From Thraustochytrium aureum (Eukaryota): DNA of 49,103 nt. The DNA lies in assembly GCA_012862495.1 (NCBI GenBank), contig BLSG01000402.1, positions 1-49,103 on the forward strand. The letters run 5' to 3'. This document shows positions 32,933 through 44,716 of the stretch, piece by piece. The notes under the pieces were generated by a model, which saw nothing but the letters and a program-made list of their open reading frames with translations, had not been told where the DNA came from and did no database searches. Numbering within the stretch: the first letter of the stretch is position 1; each line of letters starts with the position of its first letter. A program made the position numbers and the translations under genes.

Positions 32933-33574
32933 TCACGCAGCAGCTTGGCTCGCGCCCGCGGCAGCCTTGAGGGCGCCTGCCTCCGAAAGCTGCATCGCTG
33001 AACGGCCCGCTTCACCCGCTGGCACAGCCTTGGAAGCCTCCGAGCCCTCTGAGAGTGGCCCAGCACCTGAGAATGAGCCGTTGTCAAGTTGGCGCGCGAC
33101 CTCGCCCTCCACGTCGGGCGGCAGCCAACCCTCCGGTTTGATAATTTTCCCGTCCGCACGCTTGATGAACTCGCCGGTTGCAGGGTCTCGCTTGTTCATG
33201 TTTGCCTCATGGACCACCGCGAACAGCGCGCTAAGGTTGACACCATGACGTGCGGCGCTGTTGAGCGAGTAATAGTACGAGTCAACGAGAGCGTCAGCTT
33301 GGTCAGCAATCTTTTGCACGAGGCCAGCACGCGTGCTCTCGTCATATTCGCCCTGCGGGATGTCCTTGCTGCCGTCAATGAATGCCTTTAGCGCTGCCTT
33401 GGACTCGTCCGGACCAGCCACCGTGGCCGTGAACTCCATGATCTCGTCGAGCATCATCTTGGCCAAGAAAAACACCTGCTCCTTCGACATGACCTCGGGG
33501 CGCTCAGGGGTGCGCTGTCCCGCGCCGCTCGTAAACTCGCGCACCATCTCCGCGTCGCTCCGCTGGTTGGCCAT
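32933..33574 (-). CDS. MazG-like / PRA-PH superfamily all-alpha NTP pyrophosphohydrolase (DR2231-like)
   Basis: MVREF..MLDEIME..DQADALVDSYYY..HGVNLSALFAVVHEANMNK..RADGKIIKPEGWLPPD. Confidence 0.85.
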   Translation of the reverse strand: MANQRSDAEMVREFTSGAGQRTPERPEVMSKEQVFFLAKMMLDEIMEFTATVAGPDESKAALKAFIDGSKDIPQGEYDESTRAGLVQKIADQADALVDSYYYSLNSAARHGVNLSALFAVVHEANMNKRDPATGEFIKRADGKIIKPEGWLPPDVEGEVARQLDNGSFSGAGPLSEGSEASKAVPAGEAGRSAMQLSEAGALKAAAGASQAAA

Positions 33575-33839
33575 GTTGCGAATCCGCGTTCGAATGCGCG
33601 CGCACGTGGGCGTGTGACGGATGCAATCCGCGATCGACTGCGCACGAGCGCGTGTGATGGGCGCTCTCCAAGGTGCACCGGCCGGGTCGAGAGGGGCTGG
33701 CAGGCAGCGTCGGCAAGGCAGTCTGCGCGAGGAAGGAAGGAGCCTTGCGCGAATGCTGCGGCCTCTACAAAAATCAAACCTTTGCTGTTCAAAAAACAAC
33801 CTAACCTGTGAACCTAACCTGTGAACCTATGAACCTCGC

Positions 33840-36800
33840 TCAGCCCGAATCTGTTAGCGATTTTCTGCCGTCGCGCTCCACGTGCAGCTTCGATCGGCGT
33901 TGCCGGTGCAACTCGGCCAGCATAGCTTTGAACGAGTCGTGCTGCATGAAGCGGCTTAGGCTGTCGCGCTCTAACGATCGAAGGATCTTGTCTTGCGCAT
34001 CGTCGAAGAGCGTCGGAGCGCCACCTCTACTGTTGTCGAGGACGCGCTGGCGCGTGTCGTGGTCCAGGTTGACCTCGCGTGGCGCACCGGGCTTTACGAA
34101 CTTGTTTATGAGCGTGGTAGCCTTCTTGACGCGCATTGCCTCGCCCTGGTTGCTGCTCCGCCGGTACGCGTCGACAGCGAGCACAAAATCGAGCCCCTCC
34201 TCGCCGTGCTCGAGCTTCAGAAAGTCAGAAAAGTGCTTCGCTGCGAGCGAGTTGGACAACATCTCCCGCAGGCTGTAAAACGTGCCTCCGATCTTGGGTT
34301 GCATCTTGACGAGCTTGGTGTACACTGACCGGGTGCACTGCCACGTCTCGCACACGGTCAAGCACCGAATGGTTTCTTTCGCCACAGACCCCACCTCCCG
34401 GTTGCTCAGCAGCAAGCCCGCGTCGCAGAGCTCGACGCACCGCTCGCGCTCGCCAGCATTGTCGAGGGCAGCCAGCGCCTTGAGCTGCGACATGTTTTTG
34501 GCCGTAAAACTCTGGAGGACCGAAGGCCGCGCGTTGTCCTGGAAACGCGTCGGCGCTTGCAGGTACACCTGAACGCGGCCTTTGAGGAGGAAGACGAGGC
34601 GGTCGATGCGCTCCCCCGCAGAAAACAGCACATCACCGGGCACGTGTATCACAGGGGACACGTTGGTCACCAAAGTGCGCAGCATCCCAGGATTGAAGTA
34701 CAAGAGCTGCGCACAGCTCTCGGGCGACTTTCCCATCGACCTGTGCAAGACGAGCCCGACCAATTGGTCCCGCAAAAACGAGTTGAGATGCGCCAGCACG
34801 GCGCTCTCCTCAACCGCTTTGCCCTCCTTGAGCTTAAAGTCATAGTACTTGGACACCGCGTCCTGGAGACTGGGCGAGAGCTTCGCAGACTGCGCAAATG
34901 CCATTGCTGCCTCCCGCATTCGGTTCCCCATGGCCCTCGTCGAGTCCTCAATGTCGATGATGCTCACCAGAGTAGACGTGATTCCTGCATCGCACAAAAA
35001 CGCGCCGACTATCATCACGACCATGGCGAAAATCTGCTCCAATGGCCCCTGGATCGCCACGTTGCCGTAACCGACGGTCGTCATCGTGTAGAGGGTCAAG
35101 TAGATGCTGTCGACGTACATCACGTCAAAGTTTGCCGTGGGCTGCTCCCGTGTGCCCGCAAGCACAAGCATGTGCGAGCAGGCGAGCCAGTGGGACGTCA
35201 GCAACACCCCAAACACGATCTTGGTCAGGTGTCGAAACCCGCTCTTCACGTTGAGCTGATTGCTCGACTCAACCGCGGTGTCTGCGATGGACCAGTACTC
35301 CCCCATGTGTCTCAGCCATGCCAACCGCAGTACTCGGACCATGTTGGCATCGTGCAGGCCAAGCGCTTCCTGGTTCGGGGTGAGGTCGCCAGAGGCTAGC
35401 ACGACCGCGAGCACAAGATCCACCGGAAGCGCAGAAATAATGTCAAGAATGCCTGACGCGCTCCGCAGGTAAGCCCGGCGAATGTGTTCAGAGCGCCGAA
35501 GCAACACACCGTTCTTCACCGACGAAATCACTGTCGCAGAGAGCCCGACGTGAACCCAGAGGAAAAGGTCAAAGGCAACATTGAGCGCCAGCGCCCGTCG
35601 CGCGAAGCGCACGTAGTCGGTTTGTTCTTCGTCTGGGCGCGACGCGTTGTACGCGCTCACGAGCAGAGGGACAAGCACACAGTTAAACGTGGTCACGACA
35701 AAGACGAGCATGTGCCACACAGTGTACGCTGTCGTCGCCGGGTAGATGATGTACTGGTCGAGCCCGCCTGCGACCTCGTCGTTCCCCGTGTTCTGGGCGC
35801 CTTGCAACATTTTGTTCAATTTGCTGTTGTCGAGGTTTTTGCGCAACTGTTCCAAAACGCTCGGATGGGCAAGAAACTGGTCCAGTTCCCGAAGGAAAGG
35901 CGCGCAAAGGTGCGGGTTGGCACGAAGGCAGTCGACAACGTCGTCCCGGGACAAGCGCGCGAGCTTGCACTCTCCCTGCGTCCGGGCTGTAGCGTAGTAG
36001 CCAGTCTTGAGGCGAAAGAATCCATCCTGGCCAAAAACAGCCCCGCACCCGATGGTTGCAAACACCGTCGTCAGGTCTCGGGACACGAGGTCCACGCTCC
36101 CATCCAAAACAAAGTACAGGTATGTGGCGTCCTGTCCATTCTCGAACACGGTGTCTTGGCTTGGAACAGTAACTTGCTCGATGACTGGCACGATGTAGCG
36201 CCATATACCGCTGGGGCCAATCACGGGCGCCTTTGAGAGGCTTGACTCGTTCAGGACTTCGAGCAGCAGCTCACCGCGAAGGCCCTCGTTCAAAAACCCA
36301 AGGATCTCGTTCTCGTCGACGGCTTTCTGTGTCATCCAGAGGTGCAGCGTGTACTGCTTGATGCGCGAACGCATCTGAGCAGGCAGTTTGCGCATCGACA
36401 TGTACGTCGTCATACGGTCCGACTTTTCTTGGTAGAGGATGGATGTCAGGTCGGCTTGCGCCACGATATCCTCTACGAAGGCGATGATGATAGAGTACAA
36501 GACACCACCCACCACTAAAAGGACGATTGTGTAGGCTCTCTCGCTCTGAGCAGCCGGTGTGACGTCGCCGTACCCAACGCCAGTTACTGTTGTCACTGCA
36601 AAGTAAAGAGCAATGATGTAGTGGTCAAACCATCGCGCCTCCTCCTGGGCAAACTTCACCTCGGAAGTCGCCTCGTCAAAGTGCAGCAGATTATGCACCA
36701 CTGCCCACGACGTGCCGGACTCCACGTTCCGCGCTCCGATAAAATAGAACAGGCACCCGGCCCAGTGAGCCACCAGCAACAGCATGAACACGAGTTTGAT

Positions 36801-39800
36801 GATCGTCACAATACTCTTGCGGTTCTGGTTCGTGGTGCCGCGCCCGATCGCAGAGATGTGGTGCACAAACCGCACACCCCGAAAAAGCTTGTTGAATCGC
36901 AGCGCCGACAAGGTGCGCGTGGAAAATGGCGCGGGTGCAGGTGACGCAGCAAGAACAATTGCGCCAAAAATGTCAAGCGGAACCACACTGAGCACGTCGC
37001 AGACACCAAAAAGGGAGCCCAGGTAGTATCGCGGGATGAGCCGCGGCCTGTTGATGCGGTGGCCGGTCGTCGTTTCGATTTCAAAGTGGCGCAGTCTCAG
37101 CAAGAGGTCGACGACGAGAAGCGCATCAAGGAAGTAATCGATGCCGAAGGTCCACTGCTCGGGACCCGAACGAACCGAAAACGACACTCGAATCGGGAAC
37201 GAGATAAAGTTCCAGAGCAGGCAGAGGAACATGAGATGGTCCCAGTAGACCTGGACGAGACTGTCCACCTCCCATATCCGGCGTTGCGAGCGGAAACCGC
37301 CGCCCTGAGCTTGGAGGCTCTCTTCGCCGCCCGCCATCTTTAACAGCTTACCCCCCTTGCGCAAGTTTTGCACCACCAGAGCATCGGCCTGCGCGTGACG
37401 GTAGAGCTCGATGTACCTTTTTCGTAGGGCCTCGCCTTCCCCAGGAAAGAGAGCGCACGCTTGCAGAACTGCGCGGCGCTCAATCACCCACACCTCAGAC
37501 ATTGAAGTCGAGATGTACTCGAGGGAAGGTGGAGCCCAATTTGTTGCAAACCCTCCGACGGGCAAGTCGAGCTGCAACGAGCTCTCGTTAAAGGCGGATC
37601 CTTCCAAAACGTTGCCCAATGCAGCGGTAGTACCAGGCGCGCGTTCTTGCACATTCCCGTTGCGCAGCAAAAACAGCTGTGCAGGGCAGCACATTGGGGT
37701 GATGAAGACGTGGCCCGAGTGCAGAACTTTGAGTTCAACGTTAGAACAGAGCTCGCGTAGGAACCTTTCAGAGATGCCCCCAAACAGCTTGCTCTGTCGC
37801 AAAAGAGGGGCAACCTGTTCTGCAAGGAGGATCGTTCTCTCCGCCGCCCCGACAAACTCGGACTCGCGAGGCACGAACGCCATGATTGGGCTCACATCGG
37901 TTATCATGTCCTCGAAGCACACTGGCCGGGCTTTTTGCTCCGCAATAGACCGCTTTTGACGCACCTGCGCTGCGAGCCGTTCATCTTCGGCCGAGATCTC
38001 CAAGCTTGAGCGCTGATCATCATGTGGTTGTCTCGATGCCATAGTCTGGCCCAACGTAGGGCTGGTAGACTTTGTCGGCGTTGCTTGAATCGCTGCTGCG
38101 GAATCTGCCAAGATTTCTGCTGGCTCTGGCGCGTGCGAAGAATTTTCGATAGGTGCGAGCCGTTGCTGGGTTGCGCGCGCTCCCCAACCAGCTTGGGAAG
38201 CAGCGCCGATTCCCGAGGCCGAAAACAGAAATACCTCGTGAGCCTCCCGAAAAGCCTGTTTGGTGGAACCTGCCTTCTTCAGGACCGAGTGGGTCTCCAA
38301 CCCAAGAACGCGGACTCGGGCAAGCAAGTCGCTCGTCTCCATGTATTCGAGGTAGTGCCAGACCCGCGTCTGCGCGGCCGAAGAAACCTCCCGGTCGATC
38401 AAGTAGCCTGTCAAGCAGTTTCGGAAATGTGTCACGTTGAGAGGGGAGAGCTCGACATCTTTCAGAAATGTGCCGACCAAGGAGACGAGAATCGAGTACA
38501 CCGCGACGCCGAGGACAGCGATGACGCAAGTTGAAAGGGAGTCTGTCCCCGTGACTGGCACTTGGTCCCCAAAGCCAACCGTTGTCATCGTCGTCAAAGC
38601 CCAGTAAAGCCCAAGGACATATTTGTCGCCAAAGGCGTGCGTCTCATCTTGAACAAGTGTCATGCCGAAGCACGCAATCCAATGCACACACATAACAAAG
38701 TAGATGCCGAGCTTGGACGACAAATACCGCGACTCGATGTCGTGCGCAGTTAGGGTTTCTCTCCTGCTCCTGGCATTGCGAAGCCACTTGTTTCTGTGCC
38801 TCGTGAGCAGCTCGAAGAGCTCGAAAACCATGAACGTGCGCAGCATGAACGGAGCGCGGAGGATGACCGAAATCCGCTGAGCGCCCACAAGCCGAGCAGG
38901 GTCGTCTCCAAACGCGGTCTCCGCGTGTATAAGAAAGGCTAGCGAGCCCAGCGAGACCGCGACGAGCGCAGATTCAAAAAGGACGCGCAAAGCAGACAGT
39001 CGCTTACGCCAAATTCGGTTCCTTCGCTCTTGGTTTTCCTTCGCCACAACCTTTTCGATCAAGGAAAAGTCGTGCGTCGCCGTGCCGTGGCGCGCCTTGA
39101 AGAACTGCGATTGGTTGGCCGTCAGGTTGTCCACGCTCGCCCTGTCCGAAGAATTCCTCCGTTGAGCAGACCCGTGCCGGACAAGTTCTGGCTTGAGGAA
39201 GCGGTTGAGGAGGACGAAGACGTCGCCAACGAGGTCCAGAACGGAGAGGGCAAGGCTCGAGCTCAATAGGAGCGGCGAACTTAGCGAGACAAAGCGCAGT
39301 GGGATCACGAACGAGTTGTACAAGATCACGGCCATGACAAAAGCGTCCCAAGTGATCTCTGCGAGGCCACCGGGCTCCATTGTGCAGCAGCGCCGACGAC
39401 TTGCTTTGTCCATCATGCTCGTCTCCGTACGCCTGAGCCGCTTGAGCTTGTCCATGCGCTGTTGCTGCACAAGCTCAGTGCTTACACGTTTTGCGGTTTT
39501 GTTGCTGCTCGTGGTGATTTCACTTTCGACGTCAAGGCGAATGCGATCATCGATCTGAGCGCAGTTCGTTTCAGAGCCCAAAACAGCGCAGACGGAGTCC
39601 ATCCCCCATTCTGGAAAAAGGAGCCCCATTTTCCGGAAGAGACTCTGATCCACAACGAGTACCTCGCAATGGGACACTGCGCGGTACATCGCCGTTGGAA
39701 GATCTGTGGCGCCGAAAAAGTACCCCGCCCCACGAGCTGGCCGGGCGATAGCAGCGGCAAGAAGCGAGCATGGTGCTCCAAAATTTGCGGCTCTGCAAGG

Positions 39801-41617
39801 CGCTCCTGAAGGTCATCCGACAAAGACTCGGTTGCCGAGCCGGACCGACGAAAAGACGAAGCCCGAAAGAACACTGCCTCACCTGCGCTGATTTGTCTCA
39901 CAAGGGACTGTACGACACTCGTCGACTTGCCTGTCGCTTTAGCATTCAAGCTGGGTGACGTACTGCTGCTCGTCGCGTCTGTCTCCGCCCTCGCTTCGGT
40001 AAGGACGGAAGGAGCCTTGTCCTCTTCACCCGCAGCTGCGCTTTGGTCGTTGACTGAGGCATCGCTCACAGGGACAACCTTGGCTCGGTTACGGTTTTTG
40101 GGCGATTCGACGAGAACTGCGTTGAGTCGGTTTGCAATCGAGCGAACATGGCTGCGCGAGGCTTCTTCTGCCGATGGTCCAGACGATTGCGGCACAATTC
40201 TTTGAGCGGTCCCAGACAACATGATTAAGATGCGGGGCTCCTCGACTTCGCTCGCCGAGAACTCGGGCTGGATTATGCTCCCAGAGACAAACCGCGCTGT
40301 CTCACCATGCTCAAGGGCGAAAAATGCTGCGGGCCGAAACACCTTGTCAGGCTTGTCGTGTCGGCGGAAAAAGTGCGCCCCAGAAAGGAGCTCGAGCTGC
40401 GCCTCCAAGATGTTGTTGACCATACTCCGAGGAAGGTCGGCAAGCAGGCGCCTGCGCGTTACTCCCTTTTGGTCTTGCCACATCCGACGAAGGCCGCGAC
40501 GAACTTGGTTCCTCGTCTTGACTTGAGCCTTTATGATGCCCATGACGCGCTCAACAAACTCCACGTTTGAGCGGTGCGCCGCAGAGGTGGCGTCCATGTT
40601 GAACAGGTATGACGTCATGTTGGCCAGCATATTGGCCATAACAAAGACCCCGACAAGCGAGAGAAGTGCGGCGAATATGCGCTCTGTCCAGTAGAACGGG
40701 GCTACATCCCCGTATCCAACTGTTAGCAGCGTCTGGAAAACAAAGTACACCGAGCGAGCGTATCGCAGACCCGCGGGGGAGAGTGAGTCGCTAGCCACAC
40801 GGGGTGACGTGGTGTTGCGCAGGTCGTCGCCGTCAATCCAGCCTTGACCCAGCTCGGCACGCCAGCCGAGGATAAAGTAGCCCCCGCCAGCAAGGTTTTG
40901 AATGACGAGCACTGTTCCAAACAGCCATCCAAGGCGGACGAGTTGTACTGGGGGCTCAGCCACGGCCCATGAAATGGCCTTTTGTATGGACTTGCCATAC
41001 TGCATATACACCGTCGGTATCCTTGTGTAGATGGCCATTACGGCAATGGACACGGCAGTAGGCGAGCCGCCACAGAGACTAACCAACGCCCCCCACGGAA
41101 CGATGGCGCCGAGCGTGGCGGGCAAGAGAGCTTGGCGGATTTTTTTCCTCCACGGAGAGCCACTCACCTCCCAGTGGAAGTCGGCGGCAAAAACGAGCGA
41201 GACCAGAACGTCGCTGATCAACACCGTTTGGAGCGTAGAGCTTGGGCCTAACCGGCTGGAAGAGTTATCCTCGAGCCCAAAGAAGACACAGTACAGCGGG
41301 TATATGAATGCACAGTACAGAATGACAACCGCGCACAATACTTCGAACCAGACTCGCGCAGAGATGCGACGGCTCAGTAGTCCCGCCGTCAGCCCTGCTG
41401 TGCTTTGCCCGGTCAACTTATATGAGCCCTCAGCGCCGTTCAGACTACTTGTTGCTCGCCCATCTTTGGTCTCGTTGGGTTCGTTTGCCCCAACGCTGGC
41501 GTTGTTGAGTTGTAGGACGCCTTCTGTCTTCCAGACGATCTGTTTCATCTGCCCAAGGGGAATGCCTTCATACTCGGCCTCAGGCGCGCCAGACTTGCGC
41601 CCAAACAGCCTACTCAT
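33840..41617 (-). CDS. Four-repeat CNBD-family K+ channel (CNGK/tetraKCNG-like) with C-terminal RGS domain; frame break or intron at ~39720-39880
   Basis: Four TM-pore-C-linker-CNBD modules with filters TVGYGD (~40710), TVGFGD (~38570), GVGYGD (~36570), TVGYGN (~35065); RGS motifs HFSDFLKLEHGEEGLDFVLAVDAYR..INKFVKPGAPREVNLD..LFDDAQ..LERDSLSRF. Confidence 0.9.
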
Positions 41618-43093
41618 CCTCCGCGCCCCTGCCCTTCCAGGGAGCGCGCACTGCGTGCGGCGCCGCGGCGCTGCAGCACCGGGGTGCTTTTTCTCGCCAG
41701 TACCGCGCAACTAATCGTTTCGCATCCAGAAGTCCAGTCCCTCGAGAGCCTTCCCGCGCGGCTGTCAACCGCGCCTTCCTGGCCTACGTGCTTGCCGAGA
41801 GGAAAGAACGCGCCCACGCGCTGCGGGCGCGGATGGCTGCTGCTGCTGCTGCGCGATGCTGGTTTGCCTCAGGCTGCCTTTTTGTGCGTTGGACGGCTTC
41901 TTGTTCTGGCTAAGTCAGAGCAAGTGCTTTCCATTCAATTTCAAGGAAGGGTCAACGGCATTGTGGACCGATCGAAGTGCGGCGAGGTCGTTGGCGGCGC
42001 TGCCCTTCGCCGCCACATGTTGGAGAGCAACGCCGACGGTCGGAACATCCCGGCTTGCCTGCGCTGCAGGAGCTGCCTGGCCCGTGAGACTTGCGCTTCC
42101 GCCTTTCTTTTCATTTCTTCGATGGAGAACGGAGGGAGGTGCAGACAGACGTTCGATGACGAGCTCTCCGGCAACGAAAATGGTTCGCAGCCATCAGCTG
42201 GCTTACCTTCCTCGATTCCACTGGGCGCTTTGGCCAGCTCGACGATTGGGGACTCGAGAGGGGGAGTGGGTTTCCGGAGTCGACGCTCGCTTGCAGAAGA
42301 GCGCAGGCCTGCGCTTAATGCACGACGCGGCACCTGGGCCTGACTGTTACCTGTACTTCCATTACAGCACCGGGTTGAGTGCCTTGGCAAGCGAGGAGCT
42401 TTGAGACCAGGGCGGAGGGCGAGGAGGAGGCGTTTGCTCCTGCGGTGGTCCTAGGCCTTGCTCAAGGGCCCCGCTCTGCAGACGAATGCTGAAGCTAAGC
42501 GTTGCGCCCTGAGGAAAGCGCAGCGCTACGCTGTACGAGTCGGCGCACGTGCAAGGCGGCGCCTGGAGAGGAGCCATCTCTACAGGGGCAACGCACCTAC
42601 CGGCTAGTTTCCGACCTTCACCGGCACTTGGGATTTCTCGGCCAGCACGACCCGGAAACGAAACCACCACCAGCATCATCGGCCTCCTGCCCGATGACCG
42701 AGACCAGCGCTCAGCTCCTCGCTCACTCGACGCGGCCAGCGAAACCTGCGCTCGCCCTGCGGTAGGCCGAAAAACAATTACTTACNNNNNNNNNNNNNNN
42801 NNNNNNNNNNNNNNNNNNNNNNNNNNNNNNNNNNNNNNNNNNNNNNNNNNNNNNNNNNNNNNNNNNNNNNNNNNNNNNNNNNNNNNNNNNNNNNNNNNNN
42901 NNNNNNNNNNNNNNNNNNNNNNNNNNNNNNNNNNNNNNNNNNNNNNNNNNNNNNNNNNNNNNNNNNNNNNNNNNNNNNNNNNNNNNNNNNNNNNNNNNNN
43001 NNNNNNNNNNNNNNNNNNNNNNNNNNNNNNNNNNNNNNNNNNNNNNNNNNNNNNNNNNNNNNNNNNNNNNNNNNNNNNNNNNNNNNNNNNNNA

Positions 43094-44524
43094 GAGCTGA
43101 CCTGGACCGGCGAATCGTTTGAGCGCGGCGTGGCTGTCACGGTGGACAAGGCGAGTGGGATGATCGTGGACGTGTCCAGAGATGACGAGCGAGCGAGGAA
43201 GCGTGCATGCGCGGAGGAGCTGGGCCAAGTCGTCAAGGTCGTGGAGCTTGCCGGACGGGCGCTGCTCCCGGGGTTTGTGAACTGCCACTCGCACGCTTTC
43301 CAGCGCGAGCTGCGTGGGCTCGGCGAGACCTACGAAGTCGGCAGCGTCGACTCGTTCTGGACTTGGCGCCAAGAGATGTACAAGTTGGTCGAGCGCATTG
43401 GGACGACTGATGAGTTCCTGGACGTGACGCAGCGGTGCTTTGAGGAGATGCGGGCGTCTGGCATCACCACGGTCGGCGAGTTTCACTACTTTCATCACAG
43501 CGAAGCGGCTGCGTCGGACAGCAGCGGCGACAAGCAAGAGGCAACCGCTGGCTCGACCTCTGGTCGGTTCGACTTGGACGAGGTCGTCATTCAAGCAGCA
43601 AAGCGCGCTGGTGTGCGGCTGGTTCTTCTGAACGCGATGTACGCCTTTGGCGGGTTCGGAAGCGCGCCTCTGGGGCAAGCACAGCGCAGGTTTGCGACGC
43701 CCTCCTTGGCCGAGTACTGGACCCAATTGGATGCTCTCCTGCAGCGCGTCGCCGCGGAGCCCCTGGCTTCTGTGGGCGTGGTGGCGCACTCCCTGCGCGC
43801 CGTCTCTTTAGAGCAGCTGGAAGAGCTGCACGCAGGATCCAGGAAGCGGGGCGTTCCGTTCCACCTCCACATCGAGGAGCAGCCGCGAGAAGTCGAGGAC
43901 TGCAAAATGGCCCTGCAGAAAACGCCAATGCGCGTCCTGCTCGACGCCGCCGAAATCAGCGCGGCCACCACTGCTGTGCACTGCAACCACACGGAACCCG
44001 CCGAGCTGCGAGAGTTTGTAGCGCGAGGCGGCAACGTCTGCATCTGCCCGCTCACAGAGGGCAACCTCGGCGACGGCGTTATGCCAGACTTTTCCGCCTG
44101 CGCCGAGTCCGTTTGCCTCGGCACAGACTGCAACGCCCGCATCGACATGTTGGAGGAGCTCCGCTGGCTCGAGTACTCGCAGCGTCTTGTGCGGCTGGAG
44201 CGCGGGGTTTGCGCCAAGGCTGCAAGCCGCGGCGCGGCCAAGAGTGAAGCGGGGCCCCAGCTCCTCCGCATGGCCACGGTGAACGGCGCCCGCTCGCTCG
44301 GGCTCGCGGCGGGCAAGATAGAGGCAGGTTGCGTTGCTGACTTTTGCGTCGTGGACCTCGCCGCGCCGCCGCTTCAGGTCGGCGGGTCGGCTGCATGCGG
44401 TGCAGGCGACCTTGCGTCGCGGCTGGCTTCGGCACTTGTGTTTGGCTGCGGGGCTCGCGAGGTCGTGTGCGCGACGTGTGTCGCTGGCGATTGGAAGGAA
44501 CCGAGGCCTGGGTTCGGGCAGTGA
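43094..44524 (+). CDS. hutF: Formiminoglutamate deiminase (amidohydrolase superfamily), 5' end in gap
   Basis: LLPGFVNCHSHAFQRELRG..DSFWTWRQEMY..EMRASGITTVGEFHYFHH..AHSLRAV..FHLHIEEQPREV..ICPLTEGNLGDG..LGTD..ELRWLEYSQRL. Confidence 0.9.
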   Translation, partial: ELTWTGESFERGVAVTVDKASGMIVDVSRDDERARKRACAEELGQVVKVVELAGRALLPGFVNCHSHAFQRELRGLGETYEVGSVDSFWTWRQEMYKLVERIGTTDEFLDVTQRCFEEMRASGITTVGEFHYFHHSEAAASDSSGDKQEATAGSTSGRFDLDEVVIQAAKRAGVRLVLLNAMYAFGGFGSAPLGQAQRRFATPSLAEYWTQLDALLQRVAAEPLASVGVVAHSLRAVSLEQLEELHAGSRKRGVPFHLHIEEQPREVEDCKMALQKTPMRVLLDAAEISAATTAVHCNHTEPAELREFVARGGNVCICPLTEGNLGDGVMPDFSACAESVCLGTDCNARIDMLEELRWLEYSQRLVRLERGVCAKAASRGAAKSEAGPQLLRMATVNGARSLGLAAGKIEAGCVADFCVVDLAAPPLQVGGSAACGAGDLASRLASALVFGCGAREVVCATCVAGDWKEPRPGFGQ

Positions 44525-44716
44525 GGCTCGAGCAGCACCGGCCACGCGCCCACTTGGGGGCTCGAGTCTGCGGGTGCCGGGGCAGTGCGCTGGGCACCGA
44601 GCCGAGCCTGAGGGAGCTGCGACGGGCTAATGGGCTGGCGATGACAGACTATCTGGCGGTTTTTAATTTATTTTTCTCTCCCGGAGCCTCGCGCCGCTTG
44701 GGAATGAGCGAGCCCT

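Noticed and set aside
33797..33837. Telomere-like AACCTAACCT repeats (also ~28171-28193)
   Set aside because: Few, imperfect copies that do not match a TTAGGG/TTTAGGG array
11355..39731. Programmed frameshifting or pseudogene cluster
   Set aside because: Breaks fall in short homopolymers or have a compatible intron, and flanking ORFs are long and intact; sequencing error or splicing is simpler
41941..42785. Possible exons of a minus-strand gene next to the gap
   Set aside because: A GTAAG donor and short ORFs are present, but no recognisable domain or consistent frame
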